Source: Eutreptiella sp. 'Long Island Sound 2002' (lineage: Eukaryota; Protista; Euglenida). From it: a stretch of 64,000 nucleotides of DNA. Positions 46,864-60,672 of this stretch are shown one piece after another (the first letter of the stretch is position 1; each line of letters starts with the position of its first letter). A program made the translations under genes and the position numbers. The notes below the pieces were generated by a model. It ran no database searches and was not told the DNA's origin. It saw only the letters and a list, made by a program, of their open reading frames with translations. The stretch spans positions 176,080,001 to 176,144,000 of the forward strand of contig OZ038378.1 in assembly GCA_964036045.1 (NCBI GenBank), in the 5' to 3' direction.

Positions 46864-49800
46864 AGTTTGCAAGTTTCTTGAGCTGGGGCAGTTTGGGTCA
46901 CCTAATTCTAAGGGCGTTTCCAAGGGGTGTGCTTGGGGGCTCTTCGGGGGGAACATAGTCTAAAAGTAGCGCGCCGGGCAAACATTCCCCCCTTGGCTGC
47001 CCTCAAGCCACCCTTCAAGGCAAAGCTCTATCGCTTTGCCCATGCCGGATGTACCCAAAACGTTTCTGGGGTCTCTGTGCATCATCCTCTTCAGTAGCCA
47101 TAGCTGTCATTGTTGGGCAGTTCTTGTGGAAACAAAAAAGGTTTCTATTTTTCGTTTTTTGGTACTCGGGTTTATCCCCAGAAAAACGTTTACTTGGGTC
47201 ACATCTCTAAAAAAAAAAAACTTAAGTGCTTGGGTTACTCTGTGTTTGGTACTCGAGTTACATTTTCACGCCTTTGTTGAACAGACCTTCCCTGTCCCCA
47301 CAGCACTGCACACTGTGTGTACTCTGCGGTACCGCCCCGCAGCCGTTCAGGAACACCCTCCACCCCTTGAACTGCTGGAAATGACACGAGTATCAAAACC
47401 CCGGGTTCGCAAAAGCGTGCCCTCGGTCCTTTGCTCTGGTGCATGCCCCACGCGTGTGCTGCGCCCTTCTACCGCTGGGGTCTACACGGTTTTTGCTTCT
47501 CACTTCTTAATCTGGAGTCCGGCCCAAGTGGACGTGGACCTGCACATTGTCACCCCCCGGGTCCACTGCACAGGGCTGACCTGACCTCAAAGTGCGATGA
47601 GTGGGTGGACTGCAAGTCAACTGAGGTGGACTAGCAGTGGGATAGGGGCTGGCACAAGTCAACCCACCAGAAACAATCACAACTCTAACCCTCAGCCCTC
47701 AGGCCCACTGACTCATTCAGCGGGCTTGTTGTTATATATATGCAGGCGCACCCCCAACTCGGAACTACTGCAACCATTTGCCTGACGACTGGCGCCCAGA
47801 TGTTGAAGTGCAATAGTGTCCGTTCCGCCAGGATTGCTTCAGGCACGTGGCCACTGTTGGCCGCAGCATTTCGCGCATTTCAAAGCAGGAGAGCCGACCA
47901 GTTATTGGAGCACAATGAAGTGACCCTCGGGCACAATCCTATTCCCTGAACTATGCACCTGTGCAAGCGATCTGCAGAGTAGGACAACGAAGTCAGCACA
48001 GCACTGAAAGAGCCAGAAAAGCAGTCGATGGGTGGTTTCTGCTTGCTCGCACTCTGTCGAGCTCTTCTCTCAGCCTCTGACAAATTGAAGGACGGGAGCA
48101 ATAGAAGGTGCTGGGGAGCTGAATGTTTGACAAGCCTCCCCAAAAGGTTCTCGGGGCAACACAAGATGATGGACACCATTTGGTGTTGCCAATAAGTGTG
48201 TTGCACACTCCAACGAGAGGTATTCTATGTGCAGCTCATGTTGCATATTGTGTTTGTTGCGATGCGCAGACGCCCACATCCTCTGCTTTGATGAGTGGCA
48301 ACCATGCAACCCCCCCCCCCTTTCCTCCCATTTCCAACCCCCCCCCCCGCCTTTTACACTCACGTGACGTTTCACTCATGATTCCGCTCGAAAAGTCAGT
48401 ATTTATGGCGGCCGGAATGTGGACCAAGAATGCGGAATATACCCCCTGCTCCCTCCCCTGCGTGCTGCAGCTAATGGGGTTGGGACTGGAGCTGATGTCT
48501 GGTGAGACCAGTTCTTTGGATTCTCGGGGATGGGAGACCACGGGGTCGGGCAGATTTGTGGGTTAGGGGGGAGGGGACTCGGGGCAAGATGCAGACCGGT
48601 GGGTGCAGTGCAGATTGCATGTGCTCAACCTTGCCGCCCTCGGAGGAGGAGTAGGGATCCAGTGGTGAGCCAGACACTACAGAGAGAAAGGTCTGCCCTG
48701 TGCTACAGGCAAGCGGAGACATGGTGCTTGATAGTGTGCTACCGGTGTATCATAGTTTGGGTCTCGGCACAAATATTTTTGCCAATGCCCAGGACTCTGA
48801 ATGGGTATAGTGCTGGCCGCAATCAGCCCCGCAACTGCTTTGATCGAATTGTAGAATCAAATCTCATCTCCCTCGACTCAGTGGCCTGCCCCTGAGGGAG
48901 TGCCTCGATGCGCTGATGGGTCGCCTCGCCAAATCAAAGATGTTGGCTGGCACAACTAAGGTGAAGTGATGTGTGATCTCAGGTACGCACCATCTCCCAG
49001 GCCCAGGTATCCACTAGTCATCATGGCACTTTGATACTGTACCGACTGGTGAACTGGTGCCTGTGCTTCACCCGAAGATTTTCAACACCTGCGTTGCAGT
49101 AGTGGTTGTTGAGCAGCTCCCCTACACACACTGATCTCCTTGTTGTCCCAGTTGCGGTGGACCATTTGTTCATTGCCCACTGCTTGGCAGACGTACCGGC
49201 CTGTAAGCCCACCAACACCAAAGTGGCCCACTCACCACCGGACCCTAGAAAAAACGGGGAAACGGGAGGAAACGAGGCAAAACGGGACAAAAAAAAAAAC
49301 AACTAGAAATTTTTTGTAACATTTTTTCGAGTGTCAGGCGAGTCACTCGTGTGAGACCTAAAAAAAATTAGACAAAAAAGTAATTTTTTGAGTGTGAGTG
49401 GGAGCGCTTCAGAGCGGGGGACAAAATCAGCGGTGTCCCACAAGTGGGCATAACAAAAAAAATAGGGTTCATTAAGGCCTCCGCTTGGGCCACAATGGCT
49501 AAATGACCCGGAAATACCCCAAAGGGGGGGGTTGGACCTAAAACATGTACTGCCTGCGAGTAGCTAAGTTCTGTCACCGGGGCCTAGTGCACGGGCCTTG
49601 GGCACACTTATGAGACACAGCGTCCAAACCATTGGTGGTCACTGCACACGACCAACCAGGGGGTGGACTCACACGAGTCCCTAGCTCTGAGTCGTGGACA
49701 GCCCGGAGTGAAGTCCTCAAACAAGGAGCCCCCCAGCAGCCCAGAAAGCAAAAGAGCAACAAAACACCACATTCACCCTAGAACAACGCCAACAAACACC

Positions 49801-50823
49801 AGTGACAGGTCAGTTTGTAGATTTGGGACATGTGCAAAAGTGCCCGGTGCCCCTGGTAGCACCCAACTGCAAGTGGAACAACCCGACAGCCACAATGGCA
49901 GGCAAGGAGCGACATGCTGCCCCCCCCCGGCGCCGCACACGAGCAGCAGTGAGCATGCCAGCAGAAAAAGAAAGAGCTCGAAACTGGGAGGAACGTAAGC
50001 AGCAAAGCAACTGGGCACAGAACCGCCCCACACACGGAGTACCCAAAATGTCCGAGGGAGTGAGTTTGCCTCACTTCACCTCTCCAAATAGCAATGGCGG
50101 TCAGATTGGATTTTTTCCCCTCAGCACTCGTGCTAACACTCAGAAAAAAAAATTGGGGGTGCACTCGCGTTGACACTCAAAAAAAGGAATAAAATACAAA
50201 GATTATAAATCTTTTTTCCAAGTGTCACACACTCTTGCGACACCTGTCAACACTCGCGTGACACTTCCCCCCGCAATCGTTCTAGGAAAATTCAGCGCCT
50301 GCAGCTCAAGTTCCTTTTTTTTTTCCAAGCCGGATGTACCTGCATCAAGATGTGCCCTGTAGAGAACCTCGGCAATATACATTAGATTTGGCCGGCGTAG
50401 TGGGCATCATGTTGCCTCTGAGGCTACCTCTACAGCTGTGCAGTAATGGTATCGTGTGGCACCACTGCATGAGAGAAGTGCGATAATTTTCTTGGGTCCG
50501 AAAGTACAAACCTCAATATGATCTCTGCATCATGGCGATCATGTTGCGGTGTGTATGCAGGGTTCGCCTCCTGCTTGCCCTCTGCGACACCCCTTGCCAG
50601 CCTCAGCCTCAGCCTCAGCCTGCCGTGCTAGCTGCTAGACCAAGGGATGTGTAGTGTGGAGGGAGTTTGGAGGGGCAGGGGTAGTATGGGGGTTGAGGGA
50701 TGTGTGCTATGGAAGGGGAAGTAGTGTAGATGGATGTATTGTGGATGGAAAGGGATGGGTAATGTGGAGGGAAAGCAGTGGGGAAGGGGGTTGCGACCCA
50801 TCTGGCTTCAGACCCTGTGCCTG

Positions 50824-51168
50824 ATGGCTCTTCGAAAGGGGCTGGACTCCGTCAAGGGGTTGGTGACGAGCAAATCCAGCAAAAAAGCGGATTCCTCATC
50901 AAACTCCGCCGACGCCGTAACAAGTTCCGAGGACGGTATCCTCGACGAGGACGAAGGCCAGAAGAAGGATCCGCAGTTCTCGTCCCTGGTGATCGACACG
51001 CCCAACTGCAAACAGTGCGGCGTGTCGTTCGGAACCCTCACGCGCAGGTGCCACTGCCGGCGCTGCGGCTTGTCCTTCTGCGACAAGCACTCCAAGCAGC
51101 GCCACCCTGCGCCTCCCTTTGACGAGAACGACGACAAGTCTGTGCGTGTCTGCGATCCATGTTGTGAG
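50824..51168 (+). CDS. FYVE + class-3 lipase gene, exon 1 (FYVE finger)
   Basis: CKQCGVSFGTLTRRCHCRRCGLSFCDKHS..VRVCDPC; donor GAG|GT at 51169. Confidence 0.85.
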
Positions 51169-52320
51169 GTTTGTGCTGCAGCGGCGGTTTGGCAGTGCTG
51201 TAGTAGAAGACACGTGGCATTTGCTGACACCGAATGAACAATTCAGTCCCTTGCTGCCGCCCACAACGTCAAGATGCAAACCATGGTGCTTCTCATACAG
51301 GGCTATCCCGAAACGAGCATCATGGGAATCGACATCTGGGGTTGCCCACTTCACTCAGGCGTCCAAGCCAGTAAGTTCCAAGCGGTCCCTCATCAATCTC
51401 CCATGGTACTCCGCAGCGATGCCGGACCCTGTCCTCTGGGCTGAAGAAAGCCATGCCATGGCAGAGGCAGAATCGTGCCAATCCTTCCACGTCTGAAACT
51501 CGGTGGTGTCCACAGGGGACACATCCATGTCCACTCCGAGCACAACTTGTCACCGCTTAACTTCCGGCATAACACGCAATTAAAGATTTGGGACGAAAGG
51601 ATCTGGATCCGCAAAAGGTTTGAGCAAGCGTAACAAAGAGGATATCGGTCATCACAAGCAAATGATGTCACCAGCCCACAGCTGCACAGGGGTCGCCCTG
51701 CATAATACAGCACACACACATGCACATGGGCGCGGAAGCAGGAGCGCATCTCCCGTTCACAAGTGCTCTCAGGGGGTCAGCGCTTTGGGCAGCGTTGGTA
51801 CCCTCCCCCCCCCCCCACAGGGGGGGAACCGTCATCTTGGCCCAGAAAGCAGAGGAAAATACTAGGCGCCGAAGGCGCCAAAGAAAATTTTTACAAGGCG
51901 CCGAAGGCGCCGAAGCTGATTTACCCTGTGGTACTATGGTACAGATTTGTGGTGCAGTTCCCCGCAGCCCCCCAGGGGGGGAACCGTCACTTTGTGACCG
52001 CCCCCCCCCCCCCTTAGGGGGGGAACCGGCCCGACAAAAGGGGGGAGATTTCAAAGCGGGGGGGGGTATGTCCCTGGCAGTAGGAGAGGAACGCTGTGTA
52101 ATACTGTGCCAGGGATGGTAACTGCAATATTGGATCACTTCCATTTGTACGAGGCTGTGGCCCAATCCAATCCACCCTAAGCCCCTGGAGCTGTCGCAGT
52201 GGACCCAACCCGCAATCCGCCCCGGAAGGCACGTGGTACTCTGATGAGGACCTATGGGGGCCATAGTGGGGCGGGGCCATAGTGGTGCGATACTGGGAAC
52301 CATGTCCTCGCCTCGCTCAG

Positions 52321-52599
52321 GTTTGGGTCCGTGAGGCACACAGAGCGCACCTCAACCGGCGGTCGGAGCGTGTGGCGCAGTTTCTCAGCGGCGCTCTGGA
52401 GCCGTACGTGGAAGATACAACCGACACCTTGAAAGACAAGTCGCTGCGGGTGGGGAAGGGGGCGCTCCTTGTGGCGAAGGTGTTGCCCCTCCCGGCGGAC
52501 GCGGTGAAGGCGATTAAGGCCATGGACTTTGTGAGCAAGTACGGCGTCGTTGCGCTCGGGGGGCTCATGCTGCATCAGGACGTGCTCGAAGCAATCCAG
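52321..52599 (+). CDS. FYVE + lipase gene, exon 2
   Basis: ctcag|GTT acceptor and CAG|GT donor; VWVREAHRAH..DVLEAIQ continues in frame; GC3-rich. Confidence 0.8.
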
Positions 52600-53327
52600 G
52601 TGCTGGCCATGTGCACGTCCTTGCGGTCATCAGATTTGGCATCACGGGCCTGACCCTTCCAAACCTTCTCCGTGTGACGCAGATTTTCTCGTCGATTTTC
52701 CGCCGTTTACATACTACATACTGCTGATGCACACACACCACTGCGCTCATGAGCCATCAGGACACTGCTGGCAAGTGATGGCGTGTGCAGCCTGGAGGTT
52801 ATTTGTAGTTCCAACCCAACATCTACCAGCAGTTTTGGCCTGTGTATGGCTGCGCGCGGCTCTGTGTTTGGCTCGTGTGGTCATTTGAGTGGTGAGGGTG
52901 TGTGTGTGTGTGCGCATCCTGTGGCAAGTCGATTTGGTTGAGGACATGGGCTCTCAAAGGACATCATGTCAGCGGTGTGCAGTCAGCAGCACGGAGCGTC
53001 GCTGGTGCCACTGCCGATAGTGGTTCACCAACAGCAGTGTTCCGCCATGCGTCCATCATATGCGAACCGCCGTGAAGTGGTGTGCTGAGGACCAGCACAG
53101 GAGTAAATTCTGGGGCCAGGGACCTTTTGTCTGGCGTCTGGTGGGGGCCTCTTCACGCTGAAACGGTCGTTTTGTGTCAGTCATGGATCCATCGCTCAAG
53201 GCATTTTGGTCCAGAGGTGTGTATTTGCTGCCGATTGTGGCCCGGCCACCAGTGGTTTGGAGCCAACGGCTGGTGGCTGTACTGTCCTGTTTGTTGCTTT
53301 GGATACCTGCCTCGTTCTGTCCTTCAG

Positions 53328-53639
53328 GTGTTGGTGGCCCTGGTCCGCGACGTTGACGGTCTAAACGCCACGGAGCTCGCTATGGGGCTGTACTACCTGA
53401 TGGCCTACCGTAGGGGGCACCGCGGCGACGACCCGCAGGCAGAGGAGCGCGAGCACGCGGAGGCGGGGGCCGAGCCTGTGAGCTCGCAATTGCTGGCGGA
53501 GCTGCAGTGGTACGCGGCCCACGCTCTGTACTTCGCGTACGACAACCCTGTTGTGGAGGTCCAGCGGCAGGTAGAGCTCCAGGGGTTCCGGCTGATTTTC
53601 GCAATCCCGAGATCCCTTCCGAACAAGCCCAGATTTCAG
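53328..53639 (+). CDS. FYVE + lipase gene, exon 3
   Basis: ttcag|GTG acceptor and CAG|GT donor; LAMGLYYL..LQWYAAHALYFAY..NKPRFQ. Confidence 0.82.
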
Positions 53640-54042
53640 GTGTGAGGTATTGCAGGGACGCGCTGCAAAATTGAAAATCCATGTTCCACCATTCTATCCA
53701 ACCAAATCTCAGCATGATCTGCCAGCTTGCAACACCCCCACTACGCATGCGCGAGCCTTAACGTTTCATCTCCTGCAGCAGTGCCCCTCTAAGGCCACTA
53801 AGGCTAGGGAACTCGTGTTTTAAATAGCAGGGGGGGGGAATGGGCACTATCCGTCCCCTCAAAATTCTTGTGCAGCACTAATAGGGGACGGTCAAAAAGG
53901 ATTCCTTTGAAGAGCCTGCAGTGACCCCTCTAATTCATCTTAGGCTCTTACGTCTCCAATTCAACAGCTCCATACTTCGTCGGAGAGGGATTCAGACCCT
54001 TGTGGTAAGAGGTCTCCGGGGATTGCGCGAAAACCATCCAAG

Positions 54043-54162
<120 letters not shown>

Positions 54163-55699
54163 GAAGCTTGCCGACGCTTTCACTGCTCTGTTTTTTTGTT
54201 GTTCTTCTCCCAACTGTGTGACCGTGTGTATGTGTGAGTGCTGCGAACGCCAGAGTCCGGTGAGGGTTTGTTCCTCCGTATTCTCAAGACACAGAGCATA
54301 CTGCCACGCTCCAAATACCACAAAAAGGGGGCTAGCCGCGCAACGTTTTTGTTGTTAGGGGCCTACTGAGGCAAAACACCCTTTGACAACCTCTTTGTTG
54401 CTGTGCTTGTCCATTTTATGGACGTATGCGTCTATGTGTGTGTTGTGTAGGTGTTTGGCACAAGGGTATCAAAAGCTATGGTGGGCAACACACAAACTAT
54501 AGTTCTGAAGCCGTCTCTTCACCTTTCCCACCACCTCAGCCCTGGAATGTAACAGAGTGTGAGGTTTGCTATACATTGCTTTGAGTTGCATTCACATTGT
54601 GGTGGGAGCGAAAGCCCGAAAAATTCCGCAGTGCATGGCTCGTATGTCTCCGCTCTCCCGCAGCCAACACAATTAACATCTCTGCCATGCGCACGCTTAA
54701 TACAATCCACAAGGCCCATGAAACGGTCCATTTTTCAGCACCCCAGGGATAATACCACCTAAGAACTTGGTGAATTGGGGATACATGCTGAGCGTTGGAG
54801 TCCCAATCGCAATTGCCTGTCAATTTTTATAGACATTTTGGTCGAGGGGAGACTGTGTAGGAGCAGCCGCAGTTGAAGGCGGCTTATTCACTGCCAGCGG
54901 GCCATGGGCGGCCATGCAGTGCTGCACTAGCGCACCCGCCCTATACCCGACAAAAAACCAATTCGCCCATATTGGAGACCATGGTAAGCATTGTGCTGGA
55001 TGCCACCACGTGGCCTCACACACGGTATAACTGGAAAGAGGAAGGCCGACGCGTTTTGGTACCATGGAGTGCTGACCGTTTGTTTAGCTGTGCGTGTATT
55101 ATTGCTTGATGTGGAGTATTGTGTGGGTGTTTCTGCACCATTGCCTGTGTGGTTGTGGAGCCACGAGGCAGAACCTTCAGGTCTTGAGTGCTTCTACTTT
55201 GCTTCACCATAGTGCACTATAGGTGCACGATGTATCAGCCTGCGACAGATTGACTATCAACAACCTCTCCCTCCCAAACACACAACATGCAACAAGCTAT
55301 GGTTGCTGTCTCATTCACCATATGACTGGCTTTTTGCTGGTCTGGGTGGCTGAGGTCACTGGGAGTGGGCAATCTTCAAACAGACAGCCAACCTTCCTCA
55401 ATGCACACATTGTGCTTGTTGTCCGTCTCCCCTTGTCGCCCGTTGGTAGTATGGTTGGCAGGGCAGGGTGCTGACCCGGTGCAGTGATAATTTGACTGGT
55501 TCAGGACCTTCGTGGTTGGGTCCAAACAGATCGCGCTCGTATGCGGGCCAATGGCAATGCTGCATTGGAACAGGCCCCAGCCGTCATTCTGGGCAACATA
55601 CTGGTCAATGGGTTTGTGGACCACCCTTTGCTGTCCCTCTGGGTGGGCACCTGGTGGCGTCAGACATGCTTTAGTTTCACCTGACGAGACAGTCAACCT

Positions 55700-55797
55700 G
55701 ATTTTCCCTAGTGCATGTTTGTCGCGCGTGTGTGTGCACGTGCATGCGTGCGCGCGTGTGTGCGTGCGTGTGTGCATGTGTTGGTGCATGCAAAAGG

Positions 55798-55842
<45 letters not shown>

Positions 55843-55975
55843 GGCTGTTGCCCATTTGTTGCGTATATCGTGTGCATGTGCATGTGCATGTGCATGCATG
55901 CGTGCACACGTGTGTGTATGCATGCAGGTTGGTGTGCAGATGTGCATGCATGCATATGCATGTGTCCACGCATCT
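55700..55975. repeat. (GT)n / (GTGC)n / (GTGCAT)n compound microsatellite
   Basis: Read directly from the sequence. Confidence 0.85.
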
Positions 55976-57837
55976 TTGTGCGCTAAGCCAACCCATTTCA
56001 ATCATTGACAGAATGCAAAGTTCAATTCTGGAAGTACCCATTGAGCAGAGTTTGCCCCTAACAATGCATCACTGTGGGCCTAGTCCCGATCCATCCATAC
56101 AAATGGGCTGATATATGGCGGAAAACAGCCGTTTCACAAGCCCATGGACCCCAATAGGTGGGCCCAATTGGGAATGCACGGCTCCCATGGGTTTTATGTG
56201 CTCCTATTGTCTCCACATGATGACCTAGCTTGGCCCAAGGCCACCTAGCGGTCATCCGAGGTCACCAAAAATCGGGTTGTCAGAACCCGGGACCCCACCA
56301 TTAGTTAGGGGGTCCATAGAGAAGGGACCTGCGTCTCGATCAGCACATAGTGGCCACAATAGGCCAAGACAATGGTGCAAATGAGCCAAAAAAGGTGATG
56401 TCCACTGGCACCACTAGGTGGGGGGGATTGGTGCTACATGGCGCCATATTGGTTGACATATATTCTTTTTGACCCAAATGGTGACCCAATATCGGCCCAA
56501 CATTTGCCACCCAATATTTGTCGGAGGTCACCCCAAAATCGCAGGTTTCAGCCAACCATGAAACTGCCAGAGCCTCATATAAGGGACGATTAGGGGTAAC
56601 CGGAGATAGGACCCAGGACTCCATCATCAGTTGAGTGATCCATATACCAAAAACAGATTCAATGGGACCTAGTTATGATCCAAGCAAATTGGCCACAGTA
56701 AGCCAACCAAGTTTTGCCCACAGCACGTTTAGGGGCCAAGAAGCACCACTAGGTTAAATTGGGGCTTCATGACTCTCCATTGGTTCATGTGTTTCCCCAT
56801 TGTCACCAAATGATCGTCCAAGCCTCTCCCAAGGGAACCCGGGGGCCCTTAAGGGTTGCCCGAGAAACTCGGTTTTTGCAAGCCATTTTTGCTGGGACTA
56901 GTGATGTGGGATCTTTCAAACAGGCCATAACCGGCCCTGGGCAGGACTAGAGGCTGCAAAACATGCACTTTTTGCATCCTACCATGGGTATGGAATCACA
57001 CCATCCCCCATTCCAACCCTTTGGGGTGCCACAGGGTCACCGAGGCCACCAAAAACGCTGTCAATACAACAATGGCAAAGAACCACATAACCTGCACAGC
57101 GTTTGTCCCACTCCACCTCAGCAAGCCCCATGGAGTTGGGGCTTGAACATGCTTTTTTGGGCCCAAAATCGGAAAACCAAAAGAAATAGTTGAATTTCAA
57201 CTCAAAAGTAGGAGGTCTCATTTTGTTTACCCCCCCCCCCCCTCCAAAACAAGTGAGTTTCAGGGTTGGGTTTGGGGGGGGGTCCAGGGGGTCCCAACCA
57301 ACATCTCATCGGGGGGGATTTTCATTGGACACAATAAAGATTTTGCAAGGGGTTGAACCAGCAAGGGTATGGTACGCGAATGGGCCCAAAAAGGGTGTAG
57401 CGTTTTCCCATAATGCGAGCCTGCATGGTCATACAACCTCTGCAAGGGGATTCTTGCTTCCTAGTGGACTGCAGCGACCACGGATGCTGTGCTCTGGTGG
57501 TTTGTAGAGGCTGTTTGGAACCAATTAGCCCATCCTCAGAACATATAAGACCTGGCAAAGAGCCGTGTTTGCGAGCAGCTAGAGCCAGGAAGATGAGTGT
57601 AGATTGGACGATATACATACATGAGATTTGAGCCTACACCCCTCTTCCCGGACCGCTTTATTCAATAATTCTAGTCGTCTGTTCACACCGTGTGCCTCAA
57701 AATGGTGCTTGCAGTTTTGACCAGGTGCATGCACTGGCCTCCCCTGATTCCCTTATGGGCTCCCTGCAGCCCGCGCACTTGAGAGTCCGCCCCCAGCCAC
57801 CCTCCCCAACGTGATGCCTCTATCCCCTTCACCACAG

Positions 57838-58041
57838 GTCACAGCGCGGCACGACCTCAAGCTCGGGCTGCTCATGATCCGAGGCACGAACTCCATGGCG
57901 GACTGTCTGACGGACGCCTGCGCGAAGCCCATCCCCCTACAGGAGGACTGGCAGTGCCCGGGCATCCCCACGGCGGACCCGGACAAGCCCTACCTCGTCC
58001 ACGAGGGCATGATGAAGTCGGCGCTGTGGCTGCACGACGAG
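57838..58041 (+). CDS. FYVE + lipase gene, exon 4
   Basis: cacag|GTC acceptor and GAG|GT donor; Lipase_3 motifs IRGT..D and VHEGM. Confidence 0.88.
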
Positions 58042-59277
58042 GTGCCTCGTCACCCAGGCCCTTGCCCACATGTGCACGTCCTCTGTCTGTGCCCTCCTGC
58101 CCTGCACTGGAGCCTGGCGCCAAAGGCATGGCGGTCCACTGAGTACGTCGACCAGTTGCAAGCACCACTACCCGAGACTGCAGGTCTTGCGGTGGTGTAT
58201 GCCCACAGGTAGTGCGGGTGCTGATGCCCACAGGTAGTGCGGGTGCTGGTGTACCCGAGCGTGTGCGGGCTCCACAGAACAATTAGTTGCCCCCCTTTGC
58301 GAGAACAAGGTGCCGTTTCCCAAACTTTTGCAACTATGTCCTACCCTGCCCTTTGTAAAATAACCCCCTTTGCAGAACGATGCGAGGTGTTGTTTCCGTC
58401 AAGTTTCGAGACTTTAGTCTTTACCTCGCAAGGGTGGTGGAGGGTATTTGTGACCCCCTCCTCCCTGACCGAGGGTTCATACTCGGGACTTTGAGGCGTT
58501 TGTCACGAACTCACTCTACTCCCTGCCGGGTATTGACCCCGGGTCCATCATCGCGGTACGACTGGGACCCACCGTATTTGCTGCAGGGCATTTGGGGGGG
58601 GGGGGGGGCAGGACGCTGGAAGAAAGCCGCACAGCAGCACCCGAACCAGGAAAACAGTGAAGGTCCTGCCTGTTCCCTGTGCCTGTGCCCGTGCCTGTGC
58701 CGCACCGCACGCCTCGGCCCCGTGTCCACTCGCTTCCCGGGCATATGCCCAGCTTCTGCGCCTTTGGTTTCACGGCGGGTGAAGAGCGTCCAGCGGCGCC
58801 ACGGCATCCCATTGGTAGCACACCGCCCGCATGGTTCCCACGCCGGCGGCTGGGGCTGCATGTGCACCCCGGCCCAGGGCCGTGAGGCGACTGATATGGG
58901 GGGAGGAGCACAGGGCTTACCATTTTTGCTCCCCCCCCCCCCCCCCGGTCTCTCCGGGGAATGACATGGTGTGTGTGTGTGCGCGTGAGTGTGGGCCGGA
59001 AGCCCCGGACGTGACACCGACCAGGGTCCCCAAGGAGCGTGGGTATGGAAACTTCACCCGCCGGTCTCGGACTGGGTCAGTGGTGGTTTGTGTGGCTCCG
59101 AGTCCAGCGCGCGGCAGCCTGTGGCACAAGCCGCTGACACATAGGGTCGGCCTGGCGACGTGTCTGGCAGGTGTTGGACACACTCCCATCCCCCGGTCTC
59201 TCCCACGGGGACATCTGTGCTGTGCCTTGTCGCCTTGGCGCCGCCGCCTGTTCCCTCACGCTCCTGCCCTGTCGCAG

Positions 59278-59547
59278 GTGCAGGAGCCGCTGATGCACCT
59301 TGCGATCGCCGGGTACCGCATCGTGGTCACTGGCCACTCCCTCGGGGCCGGAGTCGCCGCGTTCGTGACGCTGCTGCTGCGCCGGACGCTGCCGCGGGTG
59401 ACCGGGGTCGGGTACGCGACCCCAACGACGATGACCCTGGATCTCGCGATGCACAGCGCCGCGTTCTTCACGACCGTTGTGCTCGGCGACGACATCGTGC
59501 CACGCATCAGCGTCGGGGCCGTCCAGACGCTGGTACGTCAGGCGAAG
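59278..59547 (+). CDS. FYVE + lipase gene, exon 5 (catalytic Ser and Asp)
   Basis: gcag|GTG acceptor and AAG|GT donor; VTGHSLGAG (GxSxG), YATP and DDIVPR. Confidence 0.9.
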
Positions 59548-59879
59548 GTATCAGGCCGTTGTGCAGGACGCTCCCACCGGCACATCCAGACTCCCGTTGC
59601 CAAAGTGTCGGCACTGCACACGGACTCGGGGTACTGTGGGGCGGATCCCGCTCAAGACGCGTGTTGGACGTTGGGTGACTCGTTCCGGTTCGACGAGAGC
59701 CTGGTGGGCCCTCGGAGTCCCTCCTTTGCAGATCGAGGGGCGCGGTGCACACTCACCGGCCCGTCAATCGGAGGGGGCGGGGGGAGGTGCCCGCCACGGG
59801 GGTGGCAACAGGGCCGTGAGCAACCAACCGCGCACGGGACAGTCCACGTTGTACGGAGATGTGAAATCCTCGTACGGGG

Positions 59880-60672
59880 GGGCAGGCGGGTGGGACAGGA
59901 GGGGGTGCGCGACATGGGCACCCAGGAGCGCCACGAGACAGGGGGAGGAGCAACACAGACACACAGAACGCGGGAGCCACACCAAGAGGGACAAGGGCGA
60001 GCACAGCAGACAAGGAGGAGGGGCACAGCAAGGCAGGAGAGGCAACCAGAACAGCGGGAACAGGGAACCAGAATGGAGCGGATGGTGGAGCATGCGCATG
60101 GGAGGCAGCGACAATAAAGGGGATGGCTTGGCCAGCCAGCCCCGTCGCTACCGGGTGCCAAGGCAACCCCTGCTCAACCGGCATCAGGTGGGGGGTGTCT
60201 CCCGCAGCCCAGATGGGCTGTTTGCGCAACAGGAGCGGGAGCCCATCAGGGGGCAGACCAGCCCTGAGGGGGAAAAGCACACACGCACGGCCCGGACAGC
60301 GCGTGGAGGAACAGGGCACCTGGGCCGCACAGAAACACAGCGAGGCAGGCTATGGACGGCCTGTGGACAGAGGTGTGTGGACAGCAAAAACAGTCAAAAG
60401 ACCCGGCAACAACCAGCACAACCCCAATACGCCAATTATTGGGCGCCGCTAACGTGCAAACGGCACATCCTGCCACATTCAGCACAGCCCCAACACACCA
60501 ACTACTGGGCTCCGCGAACGCGGAGCCGACACCAGCAAGAGCACCGGCCGCAGCGGCCGACAGAACGCAGCGACCCGACGCAACATGCGAAGGGAAGAAC
60601 GGGTGACCGTCCAGGGCCCCGTAAAGGAGCAACAACCAGACGGAATGTCACACAAGGGGGGGGGGGGGGGGC
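59880..60672. repeat. Probable interspersed repeat (SINE/LINE-tail like) ending in a G17 tract
   Basis: Internal duplication (ccaatacgccaattattgggc / ccaacacaccaactactgggc), purine/C bias, and an abrupt G-run end. Only one copy in the window. Confidence 0.35.

Larger units (their letters stand above)
39467..46991 (+). mobile_element. PIF/Harbinger-like element (same family as 17030-17721), split by a nested insertion
   Basis: Same TIRs, 3-bp TSD CTT on both sides. The transposase fragment stops at 39562 and resumes at 46319. Confidence 0.88.

Noticed and set aside
58505-58570. tRNA or tRNA-derived SINE (T-arm-like ggtcaatacccggcaggga on the minus strand; similar hints near 3945 and 46075)
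   Set aside because: No cloverleaf could be built and no A box was found; tRNAscan-SE would be needed.
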